64,000 nucleotides of DNA from Blastocladiella emersonii ATCC 22665. Taxonomy: Eukaryota; Fungi; Blastocladiomycota. Position numbers and translations under genes: made by a program. Numbering within the stretch: position 1 is the stretch's first letter; every line of letters begins with the position of its first letter. Location of the stretch: contig JANHCV010000006.1 in the NCBI GenBank assembly GCA_025594325.1, positions 1,922,001 to 1,986,000 of the forward strand, in the 5' to 3' direction. The notes beneath the pieces are model-generated. The model worked only from the letters and a program-made list of their open reading frames with translations. It was not told the origin of the DNA and did not search any database. Shown here in pieces: positions 11,422-22,624 of the stretch.

Positions 11422-12200
11422 CCTCGCCGCGCACCAGGCCGCCCGCGCCGCGGCAAACGGCGTCGCATCGGGCGCCGCTGGTCATGGTGTGCAGCAGGTC
11501 GCCGCCTCGATTGCCGATTGCCGCGGAACCCGCGGCGCAGCAGCTCACCATCCAGCAGCCCGTCGACATCTCGGCCGCCGTCGTCTCGCCCGCCGCGGCG
11601 CCCGTGACGCAGGAGCACGCGATCCAGCCGCCCGCTATCGTGTCGCCCGCCATCAACTCGCCCGCCAACGCCAAGAACGCCGGCGGCAAGAACACCGGCA
11701 CCAAAAAGTACGGCGGCTTCCCGAGCTGCGCGGACCCCATTTGGACGCACTCGTTCATCGCGATTGGCAGCATCGACAAGATCGTCGTGGGGGTGCCGGA
11801 CTCGAACTCCGTGTCGGTCGGGTGCGACATGGACGACGCGGCCGCAGCTACGGCTCTGACAACCGCGGCGCTCGCGGCGTGCACGCCCGCCGCCATCGGT
11901 GACGACCAAGCCGGTGTCCAGACGTCTACCGCCAACGCGACGAAGCGCACGGCGGCGACCGCCGCCGCGGCCGCCGAGGAGGAGCACGAGGAGTGCGTCG
12001 TCAACGACGAGCACGAGGAGTGCGTCGTCAACGACGAGCACGAGGAGTGCGTCGTCAACGACGAGCACGAGGAGTGCGTCGTCAACGACGAGCACGAGGA
12101 GTGCGTCGTCAACGACGAGCACGAGGAGTGCGTCGTCAACGACGAGCACGAGGCGCAGCCCAAGCGGCGCCGCAGCGGCCGCCTGTCCTCGTCGACCTGA
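11337..12200 (+). pseudogene. Unknown Ala/Pro-rich ORF broken by a 7-bp duplication and ending in an acidic 9-aa repeat
   Basis: Removing one copy of GATTGCC (11509-11522) fuses frame 11249-11902 to frame 11412-12200 (..QVAASI-AAEPAAQQ..). Codon usage is GC3-rich and looks coding. Confidence 0.45.
11982..12153 (+). repeat. 27-bp minisatellite, 6 perfect copies plus a 10-bp partial (EHEECVVND)
   Basis: The unit GAGCACGAGGAGTGCGTCGTCAACGAC starts at 11982, 12009, 12036, 12063, 12090 and 12117, with no spacers. Confidence 0.97.
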
Positions 12201-12647
12201 TGCACTCGCTCCCGCCCCGACTCTGTTCATTCCCCTCGCGCAGACTCGCGCAGACTCTTGTTTCCTCCCGCACAAAGATATACTTTTCGTTCTCCTACGT
12301 TCACATCGCTCCGATCCTCTTGAACTCAGAAGCTCGCGAAGGCACGCGAGTCGGTGCAACGCGCTCCGCTCGCCCTTGAGTGGTTGGCGCCGCGCGGCGC
12401 TTCCGCGGGTTGGGCCGAGGCCGATCACGTGCAAGGCCAGGACGCGTTGCGCCACAGCAGTCACATGAGAAACGACGCGTCTGTCACGCGTTTTCGGGTC
12501 GCTCACGTGCATGGCGCTCACGTGAGCGTCGGCACCCTATCCGGCAGCGACCCGGTCTAGAAAGAGGGCTTTAGCCCTCGATAAGAGCTCATTCGCAAAG
12601 TGTACACCCCAGTGTAGATTTATTCCGCGCCCTCCGCGCGCCGGCCA

Positions 12648-13222
12648 TCAGCTCTCCTCCTCTGGCGCCGTGTGCAGCGTGAGCCCGCCCGACTCGAGGA
12701 ACCTGTTGATCTCGCGGAGCTCCTTGGGCATGGGATGCGAAATGAGGTAGAGCAGGGTGGTAAGGGCGCGGGCCTCGCGCTGCAGCTTGCGGATCGCGAG
12801 CACGACGTACGCGGCGAGGCACGCGCACGTTGCGAGGACGAGCGCGACGAACGTGAGGATGCACAGCGCCTGGCTCTGCGTGACGCGCTGGTTGAGCACG
12901 CCCTGGATCGCGCCGTCAATCAGATTTAGCCGTGCCGCAACGTCGTCAGCCAGGGTGGTGAGCAGCAGCCACTTGCGGTACACCTGGCTCGAGGTATCGG
13001 TTGCGTTGGTCGACGACAGGGCCATGAGGTCGATCACCTCGGACGCGACGTCGAGCATGCGCGACACCTCCGAGTTGAGCGGGAGACTCGCGATCGAGCG
13101 CGTGAATGCGATATCGGGCCGGTCGACGACGCCGTTGCAGTTGCTGGGCAGGGAACAGTCGCGCGGAAGGATGGTGAGCTCGCGCGTGTAGATGCGTAGC
13201 GTCAACACGAAGGACCGACGGG
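12648..13222 (-). pseudogene. Orphan terminal exon of a membrane protein (TmcB/TmcC-like C-terminus), with the 5' part missing
   Basis: A branch-like CTCAC and a TGTAG acceptor precede 13222. The exon has a TM helix (ALCILTFVALVLATCACLAAYVV) followed by KLQRE..LLYLI..EINRFLESGG. The family call is from memory of zoosporic-fungal proteins and was not searched. Confidence 0.45.
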
Positions 13223-13273
13223 CTACAGACGCGCACGCGAGTGAGTGACTTGGCCATCCGCAAGTTTGTCATC

Positions 13274-15626
13274 GCCGTCTCGACCTTCACCGACCCCGCG
13301 GCGGCCGCCAAGCTGGCCGAGGCCCAGGCCGAGCGTGCACGTCGTCGCGAGTCGCACGCGTCGCTCGTCGCCTCCATCAAGCGCATGTCCAACGGGTCGC
13401 TCGCGTCGGCCATGCTCTCGGCCGCCGCCATCGAGGAGGCCGACGAGGACGAGGAGGCGGCGGCCGTCGCCGTGGCCAAGCCCGCGCCCGGCGCCCTCAT
13501 GCAGGAGGACGAGCGCGCCACGGGCACCGTCGAGACCGGTGTCATCGTCGCGTACATCAAGGCCATGGGCGGCGTCGGGACCGTTCTGGTCATCATGCTG
13601 CTGCTCGCCCTCAACACCGGTGCCCGTCTCTTCACCGACCTGTGGCTCAAGGACTGGACACAGGACTCGTACGGCCTCTCCACCGACACGTACCTCTACG
13701 TCTACTTTGGCGGCGGTATCGGCCAGTGCTTCACGGCGCTCATCTTCGGCACCACGTTCGCCTTCGCCGGCGTTCGCGCATCTCGTTCGCTTCACCGCGA
13801 GGCCGTGTTCAGCGTCCTCCGCTCGCCCATGTCCTACTTTGACACGCACACCCTCGGCCAGATCGTCAACCGCTTCAGCAAGGACACCGAGTCGGGCGAC
13901 AACACGCTGCCCGACGCCATCCGCCTGCTGCTCATCGCCATTGGTGGGACCCTCTCCACGCTCGGCCTCATGATCTCGGCGACCCCAATCTTCGCCGCCC
14001 CGCTCGTCCCGCTCCTCGTCGTGTACTGGTTCATCCAGCTCCTGTACCGCGCGACCAGTCGCGAGATCAAGCGCCTCGACTCCATCACCCGGTCTCCTCT
14101 CTTCTCCCTCTTTTCTTCCTCCCTCTCTGGCCTGTCCACGATTCGCGCCTACCGCGAGGAGACTCGTTTCCTCACGGCGAGCCGCGACCTCATCGACCTC
14201 AACAACCGGCCGTTCTGGATGCTCCAGTGCGCGTCGCGCTGGCTCAGCATCCGTCTCGAGTCCATTGGCGCCTGCCTCGTCCTCGCATCGGGTGTCTTCT
14301 CGGTCATGGCCGCCGCCAACGGCTCGACGTCGGTGGCCACGCTCTCGCTCTCGCTCAGCTACTCTCTGTCGGTCACGGGCGTCCTCAACCTCATGGTCCG
14401 CCAGGTCGCGCAAACGGAAGTCGAGCTTAACTCGGTCGAACGCGTGTCGGAGATCGCCTATCGCATCCCCCAAGAGCCGCCGCTCGTCACGGACGTGCGG
14501 CCGCCGTCGGCGTCGTGGCCCGAGCACGGCGAGATCGAGTTCAAGAACGTGACCATGGCCTACCGCGAGGGCCTCGACCCCGTGCTCAAGGACGTGTCGT
14601 TCACCATCCCCGCGGGCTCCAAGCTCGCCATTGTCGGCCGGTACGCCTTTTTCTCTGCTCGCTCGCTCGACTCGGCCATGAACTGACCCTCCCGCCGTGA
14701 CCCGCGACTAGCACGGGATCGGGCAAGTCCACGACGCTCATCGCGCTGTTCCGCCTCGTCGAGCTCATGGAGGGCTCCATCATCATCGACGGCGTCGACA
14801 TTGCCAAGATCGGCCTGCACGACCTGCGCAAGCGCATGAAGATCATCCCGCAGGAGCCCGTCCTGTTCTCGGGCACCATCCGGTCCAACATTGACCGCGA
14901 GGGCTCCGCCGACGACGAGCAGATCTGGGCTTGGTCCGTCTTCTTCATATCGCGCGGCTCGCGAGAACTCGGTCTGACTCGCGTGCCCGCCGTCGCGTGT
15001 GTAGCCTCAAGTCGGCCGGTCTCTACGACTACGTCCAGACGCTCCCCGAGAAGCTCGACGCACCCATCTCGACGGGCGGCGAGAACCTGTCGGTCGGCCA
15101 GCGCCAGCTCCTGTGCCTCGCGCGCGCCATGGTGCACCGCGCCAACGTCCTGGTCATGGTACGCGTCCGCTTCTCTTTGACTTGATTCGACCGCGCTACT
15201 CACTCGTTCCTCCCTTCGCAACGAATAGGACGAGGCCACGGCCAGCGTGCACGTCGAGGGCGACCGCCTGATCCAGACGGCCATCCGCCGCGACTTTGTG
15301 CACGCGACGGTCATCACCATCGCCCATCGGTACGCTCGCTTCGACTCGTTAACTGCTCCCGAATCGCAACTAACCCCTCATTCCGTAGCCTCAATACGAT
15401 CATTGACTACGACTATGTCCTGGTGCTCGACCACGGCCGTGTCGCCGAGCTCGCGTCGCCCGCCGAGCTCCTGTCGCGCCCCGAGTCGCTGTTCACGGCG
15501 CTCGTCGACGAGACCGGCCCCGCCAACGCCGCGCTGCTGCGCCGCCTCGCCGTCGAGAAGAAGCTCGACCTCGACCTCGAGCTGTAGAAGCAATCAATAC
15601 CCCATCCTGCTCGCGCCGTGGGCGAG
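13274..15626 (+). repeat. Inverted near-identical copy (2353 bp) of 44781-47133: the 3' half of the ABCC transporter (linker, TMD2, NBD2, 4 introns, stop at 15585-15587)
   Basis: The track translations of the two regions match. Coordinates sum to 60407 at both ends, so there is no net indel. One substitution was seen (CGC near 15476 vs TGC in the intact gene). There is no promoter, ATG or TMD1, so this is a 5'-truncated copy. Confidence 0.95.
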
Positions 15627-16160
15627 CACGTCTTGAACTTTGTTGTCTTGTTTCGATAAATTATACGCCTGTCATGTATTGAAGTTCATCTTCGTGTGCG
15701 AGCTTCTTCAGCTTGAGTTGAGAACGCGAGCGACGCGACGCAACGCGCCACATTCGAGCGTGATCGTATCACTGATCTCGCTCGGCTTGCTGCACTCTGA
15801 CCTCGCAAGGCTTGCTCGCCCTCCCTGCCCCGACCGCGAGCGCGGTCAATACGCTTGCTCGCCGAACCAAGTCCTCCGCCTCAAATCCCCGCCAAGTTCG
15901 TAGTGCAACAACTATGATCTGTGTACGAGTGTTCTCAAGTGCGACAACCTTCAATCCCGTTTGTTCGGCGACATGACCACGGACTCGCGCGAGAAGATCG
16001 ACTCGGCCGCGCCAGTCCTTGGCACCGCCACCGCCGTGGCCGCCGATGCTGCGGGTTTCACGAGACACACGTCGCCCGAGACGCACACGAGCGCGTACGC
16101 CTGGTTCTTGATGGTCTCGTGCAATCCCGAGTGCTCGACGCGGAAAGCAACGAGCGCGTT
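15627..16160 (-). pseudogene. Diverged continuation of the inverted duplication: ABC/C2CD5 intergenic DNA plus the last ~70 codons of C2CD5
   Basis: NALVAFRVEHSGLHETIKNQAYALVCVSGDVCLVKP matches 44246-44455. The intergenic part carries many substitutions and indels. Confidence 0.9.
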
Positions 16161-16789
16161 CGTCGATTTAGGTTTTAGCACGCTTAACAAAGAAGGCCAA
16201 AGTAGCAACATAGCGTGAGGACACGCAAGAGCACGAAATCAGATCCAGTAGGTTTCACCACGGTGTTGAAAGGTTACCACACCAAGTAAGACAGGGATTA
16301 CTGTTATAAAACCGATCATCATCTTCGCGGAGCGCGCGCGGAAGTCGCGCGTCATGGGGATTCCTCGGCAACGGTAAAGCAGCAACGGGATGCGAGTCGC
16401 GGGTTTGTGAGAGTGGGCCCAGGTCAGAGGTTTAAGATTAGGTAGCCGACGTGTTATCGCCATGGCGAGGATCGCTTTGATAAATGCCGTGTTCATCAGG
16501 GGCCACAGAGCAGAGCTGGTGGAGGCGGAGCGCACCGCCGGTTTTGATCGATCGCGCGCAGCTGAGCCGTTGCTAGGGGCTCCCGGGTTGCGTCAGGTGG
16601 GGTCACCACTCCGCCGCGAGACACTGTCTCCGCTTTTCGCGGCGCGTCGCGTCTCGCGCTCCCCCACCCACTTGCGCTCCCCTGCGGATCCGCCATGTAT
16701 CGCTCCCAAACTCGACGCAATGAAATCCACGTGCTTCACTGCCGACCGTCGCGCCCACACTCGGCCGTAACCCGATGCATCCTCCAACC

Positions 16790-19632
16790 ATGAACAAGCA
16801 GTGGACTTTTCGCAACATTGGGACGCACCCAAAGTATGTAAGTTCGTCAGAGACGGATCAATGTCCTCGTTGCCTGACTGAATCTCGGCGTGATCGCGTA
16901 GAGTCCCCTCGCACGGCTTCCGCGCCGTGAACGAGGACGAGCCGCGCGACGTGCTGCGCGAGTCGCGGCTCCTGCCCAAGGACCCGGCCCCGCCGGTCGG
17001 CGCATACACGTGCCAGAAGAAGCCCACCAACCGCAACAAGCTCGCCACGGACCGCGGTCTTCTCGATAATCTCGCCGCGTCATGCCTCGAGACAGTCCTC
17101 GTGACGCCCACGCGGCCCGCCACGTCGGGGTCCATGCACTTTTCGTCGCGCCGGCTGAGCCGCGTCGTCATTCCGAGCGAGGTGCTCGATGGCGCCAAGG
17201 CGACGCGGAACGAGGACGGGTCGCGCAACGTTTCGTCGCCGCGCGATCTGGGCTCGCGAAGCCGCCCCGAGAGCCGCGGCGGGAACGAGCTCGCTGGGAT
17301 CGACGAGGATGGGGAAGGCGCATCCGTCCACCAGTCGACCGAGTCTGAGCTCCCGCTCGCTCGCCGGTACCGCGACATGGTCAAACCGCGCGAGACGGTC
17401 ACCGAGGAGTCGACGGCGACCGAGTCCACGCAGCACGGCAAGGAGTTTGTTCTCTCGGGTTCGCACTCTGATCTCAACTGCATGCCGGCGACCACTAACC
17501 CCACGGGCTCATGTAGTCGTCGAGAACTTTGAAGAGTACCTCCAGAAGATCCCGTCGCTCGACCCGAACATCGAGGATCCCGGCCCCGGTAGCGGCGGCG
17601 GCGCGAACGGTGCCGTCCCGACCCGCGCGACCACGCCGCAGACGTACCTCGACCCGCACGGCAGTCTCGGCGAGGGCCTTTCCGTCGGCTCCGCTGCCGC
17701 GCCCGGCGGTCTCGCCAACGCCATGGGCTCGCAGCTCGCGCTCAACGCCATCTCGCCGGCATCCGAAAGCAAGCCGGGCTCGGGCGATGCGCAGCCGGGC
17801 GCCGCCGCATCCGGCTCGCACCTCCTGCACGCCGTCATGACGCAGCTGTACCCGTCGCTGCAGGCGAGCGCGCAGACGCCGAGCATGATCGTGCAGCCCG
17901 AGATCAACCCGCCCAAGGACCTGCTCGACTATATTGAGCGCGACCTGGGCATCAAGCTCGACCTGTACTGCCCCGCGTCGTGGTCCAACCTGCGCTCGCT
18001 GCCCGCCGACATGATCTCGGCGACCATTGGCGCGCGCCACCTGTTCAACCTCCCCGAGGGCAACGGGAGTAACTACCACCCGATCCTCGCCCAGCAGCTT
18101 GCCGCGCACCCGCGCTCGGCCGCGTCGGCCCGCGAGCGCGCGGCACAGGGCAAGCGTGCCTCAGCCGGAGCCGCTTCGCGCATAGGAACGGCTCGTGGCA
18201 AGGGCGGTGCGGCGGCGCCGGGTTCTCGTACGCCAGGCGCGCGATCGCCGTCGCCCTCGTCGCTCTCGCAGTCCAACGGGCTCCGCAACGGCAAGAAGCC
18301 GCTGCCGCCCGTCAACACGCGCCACGCCGCGGTCGTATCCCCGCCGCCGCCGCCAGCCTCGGCGGGCTCGCGTGCCTCGAACAGTGGCGGGAGGGGACCT
18401 GCGTCGTCCGCGGCATCCCCGATTCCGCCACCACACAGCCCGCCGAGCGCGCCACGCTCCACGCGCAGCCCGAGTTCCAGCGGGCGGCGGGCGAGCCTCG
18501 TGTCGACGCCGCGGTCGCCGGCCTCCCGCCGGTCCGGGACGCCAGGGCCGGCCGCCGAGGTCCCGCTCGTCGCGTCGACGGCCATTGACGAGCCCCTCGT
18601 CCGCGATCCAGTCGACGGCGCGCCATCGAACCCCGCCGCCGCCGCGTCGCCGTCCCGTACCGGCTCTTCCTCGGTCGCCACCTCGGCCGCCACCCTCGCG
18701 CGACCGACCTCGAGCGAGCTCGCCGCATCGGACCCCGTGGCCGAAGGTGGCGCACCAGCACCCGCCGACTCGCGACCCACGACGCAGTCGAGCACGGGCT
18801 CGTCGACGCGCTCGTCGCGGCACGGGAGCGCCGGGATCCTGACGGCGCCGCTGCGGCGCATCGGCAGCCGCAAGGCGAGCAGCGTGCGGTCGAGTCTCGG
18901 CGCCTCGGGTAGCAGCGGCGCGCGCGCGTCATCGGCGAACCTCGCCACGGACAGCGACGGGGTCCCGCGCCGCCGCATCCTCGTGCGCAAGCCGCCGCCT
19001 ATCTACTACCCGCCGGTCCGCATCAAGGGCCAGGGCCGCCGCAATATGCGCCGCATGGACGATCTGTGTACGCCTCTCCACCTCGTCAGCCGTGCGAACC
19101 CGTTCTCACCCCCCGCCTCGCGCCGCCGCGTGTAGACGTCCGCGAGCACACGGTGACGCTCGACACGGACGGGACCCACAGCGATCGCCGCGCGCTGCCG
19201 GGCGCCGCGTGGTACCGCCCCGCCAAGGACTGGTTCGCGGCGAACCGCCGGCCCGTCGCCATGTCCAAGTACTCGGAGTTCATGCTGCAGCAGGCGCTGC
19301 GCCGCGAGACGGCCGCACACGACCTCCCGCTCAGCGTCTCGGCGCGCCTCGCGCAGCTGACGGAGCGGTCGCGCGCCGAGTTTGAGGCCCTTGAGGCGCG
19401 CTACTACGTCCCCGATGAGAACGCCGTGGGCGCGGCGGCTGAGGGCGGCGGCGGCGCAGCGGGCGATGGCGCGGCAAGTGGTGGCGGTGGGACCGGCTCG
19501 TCGTCTGCCGGGCCGCGCAAGAGCATCTCGGCGGCATCGTCCGCGGCCGCGGCCGAGATCCAGCGCCGGCGGTCGGCCGCCCCGAGCATGCCGCGCAGCG
19601 CGTCGCGCGTCAACGAGACGGTCTACGTCTAG
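16790..19632 (+). CDS. Uncharacterised ~880-aa protein with Ser/Pro/Ala-rich disordered regions, 4 exons
   Basis: Introns 16834-16901, 17459-17516 and 19068-19135 give a continuous 2649-nt frame. An in-frame upstream ATG exists at 16775. No family was recognised. Confidence 0.75.
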
Positions 19633-19699
19633 CCAAGCGAGTAGAGCTAAGTGAATAGATGTATCGAATATCCCACGATCTGCCCACCCGTCAACCTCG

Positions 19700-22355
19700 T
19701 CACGGTGCCGTGGACTCCACCAGCGCCTCGATCCCAGCGGGCTCGACCCAGCGGAACCCGTTAGCCTCGCACGCCTCCTGCGTCGCGGCGTCGTCGGTAA
19801 CCACGACGAACGCGTCCACGTCGCTGCCCGATTCGCGGCGGTGGTGCGCGAGAAAGTCGGCGCGGCAGTCGGTCAGCGCGTCCATCTGCTCGTCCGCGAT
19901 GGTCTCGGGGGCAAGATCGACGGTGCGGAACGAGGGCGGCGGCGGCGTGGTCCCGGGGACGTGCCGCTGAAGCTCGAGGACGCCGCTGCCGGCCTGGTGC
20001 CGGATCTGCGCCTCGAACGTGCGAATCGCGTCGCGCGCTACGCTCGAGTACTTCTTGGACTGGTCGAGGTACTCGATGACTAGATGCGCGGGCGAGCTGT
20101 CAGCAACAAATTGGGGTGCAGTGGCAAGGGTGAGAACCGCGAACCGTAGAGCGGGATGAGGACGCGACACGCCTCGCGCTCGAGAACGCTCTTGAGCGCG
20201 CGCCACGCCGGGCTCGCCGCCTTGGGCTGGTTGCCGCGGAACACGTCGAGCGCCGGGACGAGCAGCCACGGCGCGAGCGACCGCGCGAGGTGCATCCCGG
20301 AGCTCCCGCGGACCATGCGCAGGGTGCCGTTGGTCGGCGTCGCGGGTTCGACGGAGAGCGCGGGCAGCACGTCGCTGAGCAGGTCCGCGAGACCCAGCAG
20401 GCGGCCGGGGTCGGAAACGTGCGCGTGCGGGACAGGCGTTGCGGTTCCGCTGCCGCCGCCGTTCGCGGACGCGGTGAATGGGGGCTCGGTGAGGATCGGG
20501 GCGAGGTTGGCTGCGTCGAGCCAGGTGGGGTAAAAGTTGGACATGCACCCGAGCTGGCACAGCAGCGCGTCGACGCCGAGGCACCACTGCGGCAGGTGGT
20601 CCGTGTCCACATTGTCCGGGTCGAGGAACTCGAGGAGCAGACGCAGATCCTACAACACCGACGGCGGTGAGTGTCGGCACGCCGATAAGCCGCAAACCGT
20701 GCCCGTACCGCTTCGAGATCGATGAGCCCGTCCGAGATCCTGCGCAGCTCGGGCGAAAGAGCGACAGCGACGATCGAACGCACGCGGCCGGGATTCGCGA
20801 GCGCCCACGTTGCGAACACGAGCGCGGCCTGCGCGTCAACGAGCGCGAGCCGTGCGAGCAGCGCCAGGGCGGAAATGTAGCGCAAGTGCCGACCAATCAT
20901 ATCGCCGCCGTCCTGGCCCTCGCCGGGGAGAAGCGAGCCGATAGTCACGGCGAGGATGATGGCGCACTCGGCGGGTGGGTGGGCACGGAGCGCGGCCGTG
21001 ACCTGCGGCAGCCACGTCGCGAGCGATTCGGCGTACGGCGTGGCCGGCCTCGGCGGCGTCAGTTTGAGGGTGACAGGTCCGCCGCCGCGGAGCATCTCGG
21101 CGTGCAGACGCAGGAACGGCGGGCAGCGGTTGACGCGTGACTCGTGCAGGAGCTGCGAGTACAGGACCCCGAGGTTGTCGGTGCACACGGTGGCCGTGTG
21201 GCAGGCGCCGACGCCGCGCACGGCCCAGTAGGCGACCTCAAAGTCTTGCCCGCACTGCCGCTGGATCATGGCGAGCTGGCTGCACGGCCTACCTGCTCGT
21301 CGGACGCAAACGGGTGATCAGATCGGCGGGGATGCTAGGTGTTGACGATACAAGGCGTACCGCTCGGGTAGAGGAGAAGCGAGGATTGGTAGTACGACAC
21401 GACGGCGGCCCAAGACGCCGCGGCCCGATTAGACGTGGTATGGACGTGTGACTGGCGGTACCGGGCTAGACGGCGCAGTGGGATCAGCGCTGGAGTGTTG
21501 TGAAGGCACTGGAGGGCGCCGTACCGAGATCACCGAGATAGACGAGGCAGCGATGGACCGAGACGGCAGCGCGACTTGCTTCCGGGTCGAGCAAGCGGAA
21601 CCGGACGGCTACGCGATCGACGAGGCAAAAGTCAGACCGATACCGGCACCGCGACGCTAAAAGAGCGTCCGCGTACCCATGCCGGTCGAGAACTCGAGCT
21701 TAAGCTCGTAACGAGCGAGCAGCGTCTGAACGAGGCCGTCAAAGTACTCGGTCGCGCGGTCGAGGCACACAGCCAGATTGGTCGTGATCCGCTGCACATC
21801 CGGCTCGGCCGTCTAGATCCAACATGTCAACAGGCTTCCGCGACAGATGCGCGTTGCGGATGTGATGCGTACAGCGCGCTTCAGTTCGCCGCGCAGCACC
21901 TCAATCTCCGGGTAGAAGACAAAGCGCCAGACGCGGTCCTCGAACGCGCGCTCAACGAGCGCCGGTGCAGCGGGCGGCGACGGCGCCGGCTTCTGGTTAC
22001 GCCGACCGCGCGAGGGCGGCGGCGTGGCGGTTCCGCTCGACGACAGGTCGCCCATGTGGCTCACCACGTCGGTCGTGGTCTCGGTGCACGCGAGGAGGAT
22101 GGCGCGCTCGCACAGGTCGCGGAACTGCGGGCGCAGCTCGGCGAACTTGTCCGCGTCCGAGACCTCGTCGTGGGTGCTCGCGCGCGAGCGAGGGCGCCGC
22201 TCGGGCGTGGCCTTGCGCGAGCGGCTGGCCTCCTCGAGCGCGCGGAGCTGGATCTCGACCTGGTCGATGCGGGCGACGAGGTCCGGGAAGGCGAGGGTCG
22301 CCGGGTCCGCGTCCGCGGTGGGCGAGCGGCGGCGGCGGGGGTTCGGCAGCGACAT
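19700..22355 (-). CDS. EST1/SMG5-6-7 family protein (14-3-3-like/TPR domain plus C-terminal PIN domain), 7 exons, 758 aa
   Basis: After splicing (introns 21813-21872, 21609-21676, 21466-21524, 21293-21360, 20650-20708, 20080-20144) the motifs are VWRFVFYPEIEVLR, HRCLVYLGDLARY, YYQSSLLLYPSGRPCSQLAMI, and PIN-like VLIPLYVIEYLDQSKK..ARDAIR and VVVTDD. Confidence 0.85.
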
Positions 22356-22624
22356 GGTGGCGCGGCGGGTCAGGCTCGATACATCAAGTGAGGTCGCCCG
22401 CGGATTGCAGCAAGCGTAGGTGGTGCGGCAGCGGCGAGGAAGGATCCATGGGCGCGGCGTCGGGAGAGCGAGCGAGGCGACGGCCGGCCACGAGTTATTT
22501 ATTTTTGCGCTCGAGAAGGACAACGCGCCGACTGCGCGCCGACCCGAGCGCCGACCGCCCCCTCTCTCCCGCAAGGATCCCCTGACCCGCTTGCAACGTA
22601 ATCGACTCCCCGCAAACCGACGCC

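Noticed and set aside
11982-12153. 27-bp repeat as a CRISPR array
   Set aside because: The units abut with no unique spacers, are in frame with an ORF, have no cas genes nearby, and lie in a eukaryotic genome.
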